A DNA stretch of 64,000 bases from Myxococcota bacterium (GCA_963674735.2 CAXXQS010000001.1:544001-608000), one strand, 5' to 3'; numbered from the stretch's first letter, positions 50,217-59,842 are shown. Numbers and translations are program-made. Notes: generated by a model from the sequence alone, not told the origin.

Positions 50217-52085
50217 ATGCCTTTGAATTCCCACCCCTATGCAGACCTGTTCCCCCTACTCGAAGGAGAAGACCTCGAACGTCTGGCCGAGGACATCCGG
50301 GAACACGGGCTTCACCATCCCATCGTCAGGTTTCAAGGTAAAATCCTCGATGGCCGGAACCGACTCCGGGCCTGTGAACTTGCAGGTGTAGAACCTCGAT
50401 TCGATGAATTCAACGGCACGGACGACGAGGCACTGGCACTGGTTGTCAGCCTGAATCTTACCCGACGGCACCTGAACACCACCCAACGGGCAGCATTGGC
50501 AGCCGAGCTAGTTCCATTCGAGGAACAAGAGGCTGCCAAACGTCGACGAACTGCACCTTCTAAAGATAAGCAAAATTTTGCTTGTCTTGGCAGAGCAACG
50601 GATGTTGCAGGAACGAGAGTCGGTGTTTCATCTGAAACAGTCCGGCAAGCAGCCAAAATCAAGGACAAAGCCCCTGAAGTTTTCTCGGCCATGACCAATG
50701 GTACAATCCGTTCCATGCCGGAGGCAATTTTGCTGGCTAAACTTCCAGAGGGGCAAAGAGAAGACGTTCTTCAACTGGTCACAGAACAGAAAATACGGGT
50801 AAACAAGGCTCTCCTTCAGTATAGAAAACAGACTTCAGCAGATGCCCAAAGAATAAGGAAAAACGCCCCGACTAGAGTTGAACACCCGGCCTACAAGCTC
50901 ATTTACGGTCAGCATGTAATGGATTCCCTCAAGGAACTGCCAGACCAATCCGTTCATGTCGTCTGCACATCGCCGCCTTACTGGGGACTCCGGGATTTTG
51001 GAACATCTCCAGTCGAATTTGGTGGTTCACCAGACTGTCAGCACGACTGGCAGCCTTTACAGACCAATAAGGATTCAGCCCCACTTGATGCCCGTAGATT
51101 GGAAGGTAATGCCACCTGTTCCAAATGTGGGGCTTGGAGTGGGCATTTAGGACAAGAGTACAGCCATGAACTTTACGTTTCCCACCTCGTAGATATTTTC
51201 CGTGAAATCCGTCGTGTCCTTCGTGACGATGGCACCGTATGGTTGAACATCGGGGACTGTTATTCGACGACCATTGCCAGAAGCCGGGATCAAAAAGGCA
51301 CAACTGCCCCCCAAATCAAGCAAAACGACCTGATGGGTATGCCTTGGATGGTTGCCTTGGCACTTAAAGATGACGGTTGGTATCTCCGTTCTGATATTGT
51401 TTGGCATAAGGAAAATGCCCAGCCAGAGTCAAAGCTAGGACGACCCACACAAGCCCACGAATATGTGTTCCTGCTCAGTAAAGCTCCCAGCAGCTACTAT
51501 TATGACCAGTATTCTGTACTTGAACCGTGGGCTGATGCCGACAAAACCAAGAAAACCAAATCCGATAACGGCAAGGCTGCCTTGGTAGGACGTTTCAGGA
51601 GGTCGGTATGGAAAATCAATACTTGTCCACGTTCAGGAGGACATCAGGCTGTATGGCCGCCGGAACTCGTAGAATTGATGATACTGGCCGGTACGTCGGA
51701 TTATGGAGTCTGCCCCTCCTGTGGGGCGCCCTGGACCCGTGTAGTGGAACGTCCTGCCAAACCATCGACTCCAGACAAGGATAACTTATATTCTGAAGAA
51801 GCCGTTCATCGGCAGGGGATTAAGAACTCTGGGGTATCCAGCAAGGAGCTCGACAAATTTTGGAAAGCAAATCCGCCGATGATGAAGGGGTGGACTCCGG
51901 GCTGCGATTGCAAGAAAAATGATGCTTCCGGCAGATCGGTCGTTCTCGACCCATTCTCCGGTTCCGGCACCACCGGCATGGTGGCATTGCAGCTCGGTCG
52001 AAATTATATCGGCCTCGATTTGAATTCTGATTATCTGGAGTTGGCTGAGAAACGGGTTGGGGGCTGGCACAAAGGGAACCGGTGA
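50217..52085 (+). CDS. ParB/Srx-like domain fused to a beta-class N4/N6 DNA methyltransferase
   Basis: HP.ADLFP...ILDGRNR..A...NL.RRHL; TSPPYW ... DPFSGSGTT. Confidence 0.92.
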   Translation: MPLNSHPYADLFPLLEGEDLERLAEDIREHGLHHPIVRFQGKILDGRNRLRACELAGVEPRFDEFNGTDDEALALVVSLNLTRRHLNTTQRAALAAELVPFEEQEAAKRRRTAPSKDKQNFACLGRATDVAGTRVGVSSETVRQAAKIKDKAPEVFSAMTNGTIRSMPEAILLAKLPEGQREDVLQLVTEQKIRVNKALLQYRKQTSADAQRIRKNAPTRVEHPAYKLIYGQHVMDSLKELPDQSVHVVCTSPPYWGLRDFGTSPVEFGGSPDCQHDWQPLQTNKDSAPLDARRLEGNATCSKCGAWSGHLGQEYSHELYVSHLVDIFREIRRVLRDDGTVWLNIGDCYSTTIARSRDQKGTTAPQIKQNDLMGMPWMVALALKDDGWYLRSDIVWHKENAQPESKLGRPTQAHEYVFLLSKAPSSYYYDQYSVLEPWADADKTKKTKSDNGKAALVGRFRRSVWKINTCPRSGGHQAVWPPELVELMILAGTSDYGVCPSCGAPWTRVVERPAKPSTPDKDNLYSEEAVHRQGIKNSGVSSKELDKFWKANPPMMKGWTPGCDCKKNDASGRSVVLDPFSGSGTTGMVALQLGRNYIGLDLNSDYLELAEKRVGGWHKGNR

Positions 52086-52086
52086 C

Positions 52087-52989
52087 CTACAGGCTTTCTA
52101 GTCGTTTCCGAGCCTCTTTCAAATACGATTCATTCAAATCAATCCCAATGAAATTCCGATGCTGTTTCATAGCAGCCTCACCAACGGCAGCCGTTCCGGC
52201 AAACGGGTCGAGAATCGTCCCACCTTTGGGACAACCCATCAAGACCATTGCCTCGGCAAGATTGACCGGCATGACGGCATGATGTTTACCCCGGCTCCTG
52301 CCACAATTGAAGGTCCAGACATCCCGACTCAGTTCGGTGGGGAAACCTGCCAGTGCCGCGGCATACCGGTCAAACTGGTATGTCCGTGACCGGCTCAGCA
52401 GAAAAATCGTTTCGTGCCCGACCAGCAACCGGTCCGATGCCCTGCTGGGCATACTATCGGGTCGGTGCCAAATCATTTCATTACGAATAATCCAACCGTC
52501 AGCCTGTAGGGCAAATGCCACCCTCCAGGGGATTCCAGCAAGGCTCTTGAACCTCAATCCAACGTCGGTTGGCGTCGGACGTTTGTGAGTGGCTGTAGAT
52601 TCTTCATAGCTCTTGTTTTTCGAGATTCGTTGTCCCTGAATGCCGGTCGTGATTTTCGATGGGTCGCCCGTTTCATTGCTCATGTAGGTGTCCCCGATAT
52701 TCAGCCAGACCACCCCATCCGTTCGTAAAACCCGTTTGACTGATCGGAACACTTCGGCCACGTGACGGGCAAACTGGTCAGGGTCGGGCTCCAGTCCCAG
52801 TTCCCCGGCCCAGCCATCCTTCCATGACTGGGGTTCGGTTCCATACTGCCTCTGAAGCCAATAGGGTGGTGAGGTGATGACGCAGTTCACCCTCGTCTTG
52901 CCAAGACCATCGAGAGTAGAACGGGAATCCTGACCATAGAACAGGTCTGCTTGGGTGCCGTTCCTCGAATGCATGGTGACTTTTTGCAT
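52087..52989 (-). CDS. Beta-class N4/N6 DNA methyltransferase
   Basis: TSPPYW, WLNIGD, H.AVMP, DPFAGTA. Confidence 0.92.
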   Translation of the reverse strand: MQKVTMHSRNGTQADLFYGQDSRSTLDGLGKTRVNCVITSPPYWLQRQYGTEPQSWKDGWAGELGLEPDPDQFARHVAEVFRSVKRVLRTDGVVWLNIGDTYMSNETGDPSKITTGIQGQRISKNKSYEESTATHKRPTPTDVGLRFKSLAGIPWRVAFALQADGWIIRNEMIWHRPDSMPSRASDRLLVGHETIFLLSRSRTYQFDRYAAALAGFPTELSRDVWTFNCGRSRGKHHAVMPVNLAEAMVLMGCPKGGTILDPFAGTAAVGEAAMKQHRNFIGIDLNESYLKEARKRLESL

Positions 52990-53177
52990 TTTTACCCCTA
53001 ATTGTTGCCTACGGTCATTTTTCTTCAAAAAAAATTCACCCCCATATTACCACGTTTTCGGACCGAAGAAAACACATCCAAGTGGTCGATTATTCTCTTC
53101 TTTTCATTCTCTATTCGTTTTCAGTCATCCAGCTTCGGGGAGGGAAAAATTAATCATATCAGGCGCATACAAAAAAT

Positions 53178-53211
53178 TTCTGGCTTAGAAGCTCCAAGTT
53201 CTCAGTTGTTG
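53178..53211 (+). promoter_or_regulatory. Island motif copy B
   Basis: TTCTGGCTTAG-AAGCTCCAAG-TTCTCAGTTGTTG, 70 nt before ATG 53282. Confidence 0.8.
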
Positions 53212-53281
53212 AAGTGTCGGACGAACAAAACGTTTCGTTCCAAAACATAAAGGACCTGCGGGTCAGAAAGAAGAAATTGTT

Positions 53282-54163
53282 ATGACCAAGAAGAACAAAA
53301 AGAACCAGAAGCCGAAAAACACGAACACCACCAACGAAAGGAACGAGAGGATGAAGACGAACTACACTTCCAAGACTAGTCGTCCCACATCTGCTGGTAT
53401 GGGGAAAAATCCGTACAAAGAATGGTTAGCTGATCCTCATATGCACGATGGCTACGAGGATTGGCTTGAAGACTGTTATGGCGGTGATGTAGGGGCGGTC
53501 TGGCTTGATTCCGGTATCGAATCGGTTGAACGTGTCCTGACCGATAGTGTTGCAAGAATCACAAAGTTACCAAAGGTCTTAAGGAGAAAATCGCAAAAAG
53601 CTATGAGTAAGACACTATCTAGCAGTCTGTTAAAAGGAACCTGGTTGGATGCTACCGATAATGATGTGTTTATTATCGTTGGTATAGGTGCATTAATTGT
53701 TTTGTCGGCACTCCCAGAGGTAGAACAGAGGTATGCAATATACGTCCAACGAGCCATGATTGCATATGCAATAGCAGTCATAGAAGCTACGGTAGAAGTT
53801 CGGCGTATTGAACAAGAAAAACCAGGTTACGAACAATGGCTGAAAAACGAATATGGCAGCCAGGTAAGTTCCGTTACGGCAAAGCATCAAGTGTTTGGCA
53901 ATTGTGGCCCCGAGGACATTTTTGGATTGATAAGTGAAACGTTAGATAAACATCCAGAATTTGAAAATTTATCATCGGTAGGTTGGTGGGATGTACCGGA
54001 CCACTTATTGGCAAAATTGCTGTCTGATATGCTGCCGAACGGCTTGTTAATAGGGAAACTGTATCCAGACAGCTTGCTTTTCAAGCACGTTAGCAGAGCT
54101 TGGTATGACCACATATTCAAAATCAGGGATGATCCCGCCTTCATGGAAACATGGATTCCATAG
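53282..54163 (+). CDS. Hypothetical protein with repeated Y..WL...YG motif
   Basis: K/N-rich leader; YEDWLEDCYGGD and YEQWLKNEYGS. Confidence 0.7.
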   Translation: MTKKNKKNQKPKNTNTTNERNERMKTNYTSKTSRPTSAGMGKNPYKEWLADPHMHDGYEDWLEDCYGGDVGAVWLDSGIESVERVLTDSVARITKLPKVLRRKSQKAMSKTLSSSLLKGTWLDATDNDVFIIVGIGALIVLSALPEVEQRYAIYVQRAMIAYAIAVIEATVEVRRIEQEKPGYEQWLKNEYGSQVSSVTAKHQVFGNCGPEDIFGLISETLDKHPEFENLSSVGWWDVPDHLLAKLLSDMLPNGLLIGKLYPDSLLFKHVSRAWYDHIFKIRDDPAFMETWIP

Positions 54164-54244
54164 GTTGTTAACCCGGCAAACGGTACCGACCAGTTGAATG
54201 GTCAACTGGTCGTTACATAAAACCCCCGGTAAAGGAGAAATCAG

Positions 54245-54820
54245 ATGACTAAGCAGACAAAGAATCAGAAGACGAACAACACCAACGGAAAAGTAGAATC
54301 AACCATGCAGAAGAAGAGCAAAAACCAGAAGCCCGAAACCCAGAACAATCTAACCGAGGACAATGAAATCCACAGTGTCCACGAACCGGATGTCGGAGAA
54401 GAAAGAAAAGAAATGACGTATGATGAGTGGCTGGACAATGAATATGGTGGGGATAACCAAGGGGTCTGGTTTGACTATGCTTACCGCTGGTATGACGACG
54501 TGGAAGAAATGATAGCACCCTATGTTGAAGATGATGATGATCTTGAATGGTATGACTACGACGAGCTTTATAACTTGGTCTTGGTCCATCTAACAGGAGA
54601 TGCACAGACCGGAACCGACACTGTTGGTGAAACGGTTTTCGATCATATCGAAAGGGCATTGACGGAGTACATTGAAGAAGCCCAAGCCGAAGCACGGCAG
54701 GAAGCCGAGTATGCACGGCAGGAAGCCCGGATTGAAGCCAGAGTTGAAAAACTGGTGGCAGAACGGTTGGAGGCTGCCGTAGCTAAAAGGTTGGCAGAAA
54801 TGACAGCCGAAAACCAATGA
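54245..54820 (+). CDS. Acidic hypothetical protein related to 53282
   Basis: Similar leader, YDEWLDNEYGGD, C-terminal coiled coil; RBS AAGGAG. Confidence 0.7.
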   Translation: MTKQTKNQKTNNTNGKVESTMQKKSKNQKPETQNNLTEDNEIHSVHEPDVGEERKEMTYDEWLDNEYGGDNQGVWFDYAYRWYDDVEEMIAPYVEDDDDLEWYDYDELYNLVLVHLTGDAQTGTDTVGETVFDHIERALTEYIEEAQAEARQEAEYARQEARIEARVEKLVAERLEAAVAKRLAEMTAENQ

Positions 54821-54846
54821 AATCCCTTACAAGGAAAGATCACCAT

Positions 54847-54884
54847 CCGTCAGCCTGTCAAAAGGCTGTCGGGGGTTTTCTTTT
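54847..54884 (+). terminator. Probable intrinsic terminator
   Basis: CAGCCT...AGGCTG stem followed by a T-rich tract, between convergent genes. Confidence 0.55.
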
Positions 54885-54983
54885 ATAGCATCCTGATTAC
54901 TGGGCAGGCTGCCTGATATCATAATCGAACATCATCCAGGTATGCCGTCGTTCATTCATATGGACTACTGCTTTTTTTGGGAT

Positions 54984-57311
54984 TCATTTGTTGGTAGTTA
55001 CTCCCACCACCCAACCACCGTTCCGATTCCACTTCCAACGTTTCAATATCTTGACGGCATCGGCTAATCCAACCTGCCTGGGTTTCCCCGTCTTTAGCAG
55101 GCAGGCTTTCACAAGGCCACTGAACGGCATTGCAACCTTCATTGAGGGTCTGTCTACCAATACCCGGGAAACGGCCTCCAGGCGGCCAATAGGGATGTCT
55201 GGCGATAGGGTCTTGACTGTCACTGCCTGCCGGTTCCCGTTGGCAACCAGCTTCACCGACCATTTCCGAGCATCATCACGAAAACGTCGGGCTGACAGGA
55301 TAACGAAATCTGCCTCCGGGGGTGCTGACCTGACTTTTCGAGGTTCTATCTCTCCCTTGGTTTTCACTGTTGGTTGCCGGAATGTCAGCACCATTCCCTT
55401 CGGATGGTGCTTGGTTCCGAGCTTATACAGGCTGGGGAAATTAACCTCGTCCCACACCCAGCTATCACCCGGATGAACAAGGAATCGTGCCTGTCCCTTC
55501 CAGGAGGCAAGCCTGGCAAGCTGGGCAATGGCATGGGGCATTCTGTTAGAGGGAACCTTATCGGCCAGTTCCCTTAAATCCACCGTGCATTCCCGGTAAT
55601 GGCCATCATTGGGGAGTCGTCGGCCTGCTGTCAGCAGGTTCCAGTCCTCAACTGTTGGCCGGAAAAGCACGGGTTCAGACGCGGGGATGTGATGTCCCAC
55701 ACCACCCACGTCTTTTTTACTGAGAGTAACCCCAGAATCGGAGCCGTCCCGTGAGACAGAACCCCTCCCGTTTGAGGTCATACCGGACAGTTCTTGGCCT
55801 GCTGGTTGGCCGGTAGAGTTGGTGCTCGTCGGAGTCTTACTAGTAGACGAATAGGCAGGTACAGAAGAATCCCCATAGGGAGAGGAACCTTCCATTCCTA
55901 ATCCATTTACCTTGTCAGATAGTATAGTCAGGTTATCCATACTATCCGTTTCCCTACCTGGAACATTAGTCAGGGAAATACTCCGATTCTTATTATGGGA
56001 TACCAAAGGTCTGTCACCTTCCTTATGGCATCCTCCTTCTGTCCGTCCTTCCCTATAGGGATTGACATACAGTAAATCACTCGAAACCCCAGCAGGTGGG
56101 TTCGGGTCGATTACTTTATTCAAGATGGTCTTCAGGAATCTCTTCGAGACCATCTTGTACTTATTCTTTCTTCGTATTTCATTCAGGCTCGGCTCTGGGG
56201 ACAATGCCTTAATCAACCTGGCCGTCTTATCGTCACTCAGCCCTATATGGCCGATTCCGACCTCAAAGGTCTTAATCAGAGGTACAGGCTCAATGGCCAC
56301 GTTGTAAATCCTGGAGGCTTTCCCTTCAGTTCCGAGGGGTCGGACATTCTTGAACCCAAGGTCTTGGGTTATTTTATAGAAAGCCCCGTAGGCTTGGTTG
56401 GCTCCAGATTCGGAGTTGGTGACCAGAACAATGTCATCCCCATAGGATGCTGTGGGAATCCCTTTGGACTTCAGCTTCTTGACAATATGGGACATGACGA
56501 TGTTAAAGACCATCGGGCTGGCTGGGTGTCCCTGTTCGATTCCATATTTCCTCGGCCTGTAAGGTTTGCCATCGGGTTTGATGGTTCGTATTCGAACCAG
56601 TTCAATCAGCCGTCTTCTTTCCGTATGGTTGATTCCAAGCTCCCGTAGTGCAGCCTGAATGGCCTGATGGGGAAGATTGCCGTAGGCGTCTTTCAGGTCG
56701 ATGAACGTCACCCAGGAGCCGTACTGGCTGATTAAGCCCTGTACAGTATCTGCAAATACGTCCTGAATGGTGATGCCATCCTGACGGTCTTTGTATTTTA
56801 GGAACTCGTGTACGAATCGAAATCCGATAACGGTCGGTTCCAGGTAATCGGCAGCTTTCACGACCTGAGTCAGATGCCAGAGGGTTAGAATCCCGTAGAG
56901 CCGTTTGGCTTCGCTCGGTACGTCAATGGGCCGGGGTTCCTTACCAGGAATCTTTGATGGAACCAGATGACGTTTGGAGACCATCCATTCAAGCCAGGTG
57001 GATTCCGTATTCAGAACTTTCTCCAGCCGGTTGAACAGTTTCATGTCATTCGAGGATGCAGCCTCGTAGACCATCCGTTTGGTGAATCTGTTGTGGTCGA
57101 GTGTGTCCGGGCTCCCCTGGTGGTGGTGAGAACCTGATGGAGTCAAAGCATCCCCAGAGGTTTCATCAAAGCCGATGGCTTTAAGCTGTTCGGCTGTCAC
57201 CCGATGGAAAATCAGCCCTGAATCTTTAGAAGTTTGCCCTGTAGGCGAAACGTTGGCCATCATCTGGTCAAATTCACGGATGAGGTTCTCTACGTGCTTG
57301 GCTTGCTTCAT
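54984..57311 (-). CDS. Reverse transcriptase of unclear class with long C-terminal extension
   Basis: GKEPRPIDVP, EPTVIGFR, FIDLKDAYGNLPH, GIEQGHPASP..FNI, YGDD (56433-56444), in RT domain order. Confidence 0.88.
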   Translation of the reverse strand: MKQAKHVENLIREFDQMMANVSPTGQTSKDSGLIFHRVTAEQLKAIGFDETSGDALTPSGSHHHQGSPDTLDHNRFTKRMVYEAASSNDMKLFNRLEKVLNTESTWLEWMVSKRHLVPSKIPGKEPRPIDVPSEAKRLYGILTLWHLTQVVKAADYLEPTVIGFRFVHEFLKYKDRQDGITIQDVFADTVQGLISQYGSWVTFIDLKDAYGNLPHQAIQAALRELGINHTERRRLIELVRIRTIKPDGKPYRPRKYGIEQGHPASPMVFNIVMSHIVKKLKSKGIPTASYGDDIVLVTNSESGANQAYGAFYKITQDLGFKNVRPLGTEGKASRIYNVAIEPVPLIKTFEVGIGHIGLSDDKTARLIKALSPEPSLNEIRRKNKYKMVSKRFLKTILNKVIDPNPPAGVSSDLLYVNPYREGRTEGGCHKEGDRPLVSHNKNRSISLTNVPGRETDSMDNLTILSDKVNGLGMEGSSPYGDSSVPAYSSTSKTPTSTNSTGQPAGQELSGMTSNGRGSVSRDGSDSGVTLSKKDVGGVGHHIPASEPVLFRPTVEDWNLLTAGRRLPNDGHYRECTVDLRELADKVPSNRMPHAIAQLARLASWKGQARFLVHPGDSWVWDEVNFPSLYKLGTKHHPKGMVLTFRQPTVKTKGEIEPRKVRSAPPEADFVILSARRFRDDARKWSVKLVANGNRQAVTVKTLSPDIPIGRLEAVSRVLVDRPSMKVAMPFSGLVKACLLKTGKPRQVGLADAVKILKRWKWNRNGGWVVGVTTNK

Positions 57312-58441
57312 TTTACTCTCCAGAAGGATACGAGCCTGCCTGTGGGTCGAGGGAGGTCGTGTGGTGCCCAGGGTTGTTTCTCATAGTCCACCCAGACGGC
57401 TCTTGAACTTGTGTCAGGCAGAGGCTCCAAGCTCGATTGTAGGCTTGATATGGCGACCTGATAGGGTTCCGGGGCACCAACCAGAGCCACGGTCGTATTC
57501 GGTTTCAGAAACCTGCTTGCTACGTCCAGGATTTCTTCGACATGGGCCGAAGGGTTTCCCCCAACGTACTTGCCTTGGAGGATGGCCCGATGTTTCAGAT
57601 ACGACATGTTGTCATTGCTTGAAAGCATCTTGGCTACCTGCCAGAAATGCAGACTGGGGATTCCGATGACCACCAAGTCCCATCCTTGCTGGGTTAGCCT
57701 CTCCATTTCATACTGCGGAGTGAAGTACGGAACCGGGATGTGGTGGACATGATGATGTGGCAGCAATGCAGACAGAGCCTGGGCATCGGCGGCAAAGCCA
57801 AGGCCGATGCCCAGGACCGAACCTGAAGTCACGTCATAGATGCCAGAATCAAACCCATTAGGCTCACAGAGAACTTGCTGACGGATGAGGGCCAGGCTCT
57901 CCACAGGTGGCCTGATAGGGTCTGAATCGTAAACCCGGCAGGAGTTAGTGGGTGCCCATTTGGCACTTACAACATCCTCGTGGACTGTTGGGTTCAAATG
58001 CCTGATGGATTCCAGGTCATCCCGGTGCAGTCCAGACCAATCGAGCCTCTGGATGCCAGTGTTTGAGTTTTGTCGGGATTGGTAGGCCGTCCCACCGATA
58101 AACAAGTCGGGATAAGCATGGTCAAACGATAATCCTCTGGACAGCTCCATCTGAGCCTGCTCGACAGCCCAGGCTGCTCGTACTCTGTTATTGGGTTCCT
58201 GAGAACCAAACGAACCTGCCAGTTGCTGAGCCCAGGCCACCAGTACATCTGATTGGCCGTATTTTCGGCTGGCCTGCTCAACAACCTCATGTGCCAGTGT
58301 GAACGGCACCAGGTCTCCAATGGCTGGGGCTTCTTCACCCAAACTGGCAACCGTGGGCTGTGGCCGTCGGTGGTATGCCCGGTGCAGGGCATCCACTCTC
58401 TGACGGAATTCTCGTTTCTGGCGGCGGTTCGACGGTTTCAT
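57308..58441 (-). CDS. Hypothetical protein, possibly a degenerate SAM-dependent methyltransferase fold
   Basis: IYDVTSGS, WDLVVIGIP, ASRFLKPNTTVALV; 4-bp overlaps with both neighbours. Confidence 0.7.
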   Translation of the reverse strand: MKPSNRRQKREFRQRVDALHRAYHRRPQPTVASLGEEAPAIGDLVPFTLAHEVVEQASRKYGQSDVLVAWAQQLAGSFGSQEPNNRVRAAWAVEQAQMELSRGLSFDHAYPDLFIGGTAYQSRQNSNTGIQRLDWSGLHRDDLESIRHLNPTVHEDVVSAKWAPTNSCRVYDSDPIRPPVESLALIRQQVLCEPNGFDSGIYDVTSGSVLGIGLGFAADAQALSALLPHHHVHHIPVPYFTPQYEMERLTQQGWDLVVIGIPSLHFWQVAKMLSSNDNMSYLKHRAILQGKYVGGNPSAHVEEILDVASRFLKPNTTVALVGAPEPYQVAISSLQSSLEPLPDTSSRAVWVDYEKQPWAPHDLPRPTGRLVSFWRVK

Positions 58442-58653
58442 TTTTCCATCTGCTCCCGATGCTCCACCAAGGCTCTTAAAACAGCATCAGGGTCAAACCG
58501 AACGGCTCGACCCAGCCTTATACAGGGAATGATTTCCTGGGCTGACAGCCGGTAGACCGTCGAACAAGAGACATTGTAGAGCCGGGCAATTTCATCAGCA
58601 GTGAAGAGGGGAGTTGGTCTTTTAATGGTCTTGGTTTCATGAATTTGTTCCAT
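58438..58653 (-). CDS. Excisionase/AlpA-like HTH protein
   Basis: LFTADEIARLYNVSCSTVYRL...IPCIRLGRAVRFD; AAGGAGG RBS before ATG 58653. Confidence 0.88.
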   Translation of the reverse strand: MEQIHETKTIKRPTPLFTADEIARLYNVSCSTVYRLSAQEIIPCIRLGRAVRFDPDAVLRALVEHREQMEK

Positions 58654-59078
58654 CGTCAGTACCTCCTTGTCATGTCCTAGGGTGGCAATAAACAAATTAC
58701 CGGCAGATACATCCTGCAACTGGTGACACCTGCTGACATGAACTTTACCCATTTCACTCCGAATACGTCCGGCGAAACGGGGGATTTGATAAACCGGCAT
58801 TGAAAATAAAACCCCTTTGGGACAGTTTGCTGTTGTCTGGAGATGGCCGGACATGGCTGGGAGTATCCTGAGACGGCTGCTGGCCATCATTTTTTCGAGA
58901 AAGAAGGGTCCTGAAACCTGGGGTATTGATACGGTTTCAGAGTTCAGGCCCCGATACGGCTCACCTGTGAACTTAAATTGTGTTTGAGATAAAAACATGC
59001 CGATTACATTTTCTCCTGGTCTGTTGACGTTTTCAGGACCTGAATTACTACTGTTCAAAACCAAGTGGTTATTCATCA

Positions 59079-59102
59079 GGGTTCAAAAGTGTTTTTGAAC
59101 CC
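59079..59102. repeat. res-like palindrome next to the resolvase
   Basis: GGGTTCAAAA-GTGT-TTTTGAACCC, with related half sites at about 59053 and 59131. Confidence 0.6.
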
Positions 59103-59120
59103 CGTTTTCAGGTATGGTTT

Positions 59121-59759
59121 TCATGGTGACTTCTGAACCCCTCGTTTTCGAGGCCATTCTCCAGCCTCTACGAGACGGCGTCGGAGAGTTGCCCGGTCGA
59201 CATCCAGCATTTTTGAAACAGCCTTCAATCCATGACCTTCGTTGAACAATGCAAGGGCAGGTCGGATGTCCACTTCCTTCACAGGACGGCCACAATGTTT
59301 ACCGGCAGCCTTTGCCCGGTTTACTCCGGCCTGAACGCGTTCAATCAGTATGGATTTTTCTAGTTCGGATATGGCCGAAACGATGGTGAACATTGCCCGA
59401 CCCATTGGGGTCGTGGTGTTAATTTGTTCTCTCAAGCTGATAAAATCGACATTAAGAGTCTTGAATTCTTCCAGAGCCTGGATGAGGTGTTGGGTGCTAC
59501 GAGCAAATCGGTCGAACCTCCAGACAGCCACAATGTCGAGTTTTCCTGCCCGTACGTCTGTCATCATCTGGTCAAGGGCAGGTCTGGATTCCTTGGAGCC
59601 GGAAATCCCTTCATCTATATAGGTATTAGTCGTCCATCCACGTTGCTCGGCAACCTGACGAAGCTCATCAATTTGCATTCCCACATCCTGGCCATGGCCG
59701 GTGGTGCTAATTCTGCCGTATAGCCCGGCTCGGATTTTCTTCTCAGTTTTGGTTGTCAT
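59121..59759 (-). CDS. Serine resolvase/invertase
   Basis: YGRIST, DEGISG..RP, RFDRFARS, SELE...I.ER, GRP, C-terminal HTH. Confidence 0.95.
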   Translation of the reverse strand: MTTKTEKKIRAGLYGRISTTGHGQDVGMQIDELRQVAEQRGWTTNTYIDEGISGSKESRPALDQMMTDVRAGKLDIVAVWRFDRFARSTQHLIQALEEFKTLNVDFISLREQINTTTPMGRAMFTIVSAISELEKSILIERVQAGVNRAKAAGKHCGRPVKEVDIRPALALFNEGHGLKAVSKMLDVDRATLRRRLVEAGEWPRKRGVQKSP

Positions 59760-59808
59760 CAGTTCAAATACTCCCTGAGTTCGAGGTAACTTTTTTTCGT
59801 TCTCACTC

Positions 59809-59842
59809 CAACAACTGAGAACCAGAGGAAACTAAGCCAGAA
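59809..59842 (-). promoter_or_regulatory. Island motif copy C
   Basis: Plus strand CAACAACTGAGAA-N10-CTAAGCCAGAA; faces the resolvase. Confidence 0.8.

Noticed and set aside
53282-54360. DGR template/variable repeat pair in the AAC-rich leaders
   Set aside because: The copies are short, N-terminal and differ by indels and non-adenine changes; the RT lacks the DGR SQ motif.
54820-54984. Group II intron around the RT
   Set aside because: No domain V/VI-like sequence is visible after the stop, and the RT start overlaps an intact upstream gene.
58654-59076. N-terminal 140 aa of the 212-aa ORF 58438-59076
   Set aside because: A strong RBS at 58653 and HTH homology only after it suggest this part is non-coding.
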